Origin: Podarcis gaigeae
Taxonomy: Eukaryota
Strand: one strand, 5' to 3'
NCBI GenBank assembly: GCA_964106915.2
Contig: OZ066923.1
Length of the DNA stretch: 64,000 bases
Shown here: one piece after another, positions 62,901-64,000 of the stretch
How the letters are laid out: each line of letters begins with the position of its first letter
How positions within the stretch are numbered: position 1 is the stretch's first letter
The notes under the pieces: model-generated
Told to the model about the DNA's origin: nothing
What the model saw: only the letters and a program-made list of their open reading frames with translations
The model's database searches: none
Made by a program: the position numbers and the translations under genes

Positions 62901-63506
62901 CTCAGTGTTTTATTATTTATGTATCTCACGTTTTATTCATTAAAGTGTATACACTGCTTGATTGTAAAAAGCCTCAAAGCGGTTTACAAAAAAGAATAAT
63001 ACAACCATAGAGTTGGGACAGACCTTGAGGGCCATCTAATCTAACCCTCTACAATGCAGGCATCTCATCAATGACAGTACTAGAAAGTACTAGATTGTCT
63101 AAATATTACTTTGGGGGGAAAGCTAGCAATGTCAGAGGATAATACTATTTTAAGTTACCTACCCACAACATGGAATTTGACAACTGGTCAATGTAAAAGG
63201 ATTCTCTGCGCCCTCACTATGGCTAAAAGACTGATATTGATCCACTGAGAAGATAGATCTATGCCCCCCTTTAATCAATGGAAAAAGACATGACAACTCT
63301 TGCATCATATGAACTTAGAGGCATAGACTGTGTATGGGCAAATATTATGATAACTGGAAAGCATTTATAAAAATTTAGGTTATAAATAAATGTATATGTA
63401 TTGGAATAATAATTTCACTTCTATATCTTTGTCTTAGACAAATATGTATAGAATTATAGGTTTTTTAATGCAGCTTTTGATTTCCTTCTCCATTTTTTTC
63501 ACTTTA

Positions 63507-63757
63507 CAGTCGTACCTTGGTTGCCAAACGGAATCCATTCCAGAAGTCCGTTCAACTTCCGAAAACATTTAACAACCAAGGCGCAGCTTCTGATTGGCTG
63601 CAGGAGCTTCCTGCACTCAATTGGAAGCCCCAGGAGCTGTGTCAGATGTTCAGGTTCCAAAGAATGTTCACAAACCGGAACATTCATTTCTGGGTTTGTG
63701 GCGTTCAGGAGCCAAAATGTTCAAGTCACAAGGCATTCAAGATCCAAGGTACGACCG
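63507..63757. mobile_element. Tc1/mariner MITE, family B
   Basis: TIR CAGTCGTACCTTGG / CCAAGGTACGACCG, TA TSD. Confidence 0.88.
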
Positions 63758-64000
63758 TATTTTGCTTAACTGAAATATTTTCAATTTTTTTAAAAATAAA
63801 AAACTAAAGCATGTAGGACAGGCTTCAGGTACCCCTGGGAATGGGCAAGGAAAAATCCTATCCTTGTTAAATTTCTATAATTGGCATTGCCACAGTAGGG
63901 TTTCATGTGTTCATTGGAAGGTGAGAATGGGGCACTGATATTCCCTGCAAAGTTCCTTGGTCTGCTTTGCAAATCCAACACCCCAAAAGGCTTTCATATA

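Noticed and set aside
1-64000. CRISPR arrays, operons or prokaryotic defence systems
   Set aside because: The sequence is vertebrate intronic and promoter DNA with no repeat-spacer arrays or gene-dense organisation.

Overview
Vertebrate genomic DNA from a squamate reptile, most likely a lacertid lizard. The basis is its repeat content: Sauria SINEs, a tRNA-Lys/CR1 SINE, a CORE-type SINE, BovB, L2, CR1 and RTE-X fragments, and many hAT and Tc1/mariner MITEs. I recognise no host protein-coding exon. The main host feature is a ~2.5 kb CpG island (~48255-50750) with a probable minus-strand promoter and a non-coding first exon ending at a CAG|GTAACG donor at 50080. Positions 1-50079 would then be mostly intronic sequence of an unidentified gene, containing several enhancer-like, repeat-free blocks. 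The most unusual structure is a nest of transposons just upstream of the island (50755-52136). It includes a BovB insertion whose 5' end is inverted and fused to its 3' end inside a single target-site duplication (TSD), a twin-priming-like architecture. Other notable items are an intronic LTR-like element with CCAAT, TATA, splice-donor and poly(A) signals, a composite DNA element carrying an L2 tail, and a hAT copy inside the island bearing a (GC)8 tract. There is a 159-nt assembly gap at 58587-58745. Repeat family names are from recalled consensus features, not database searches.
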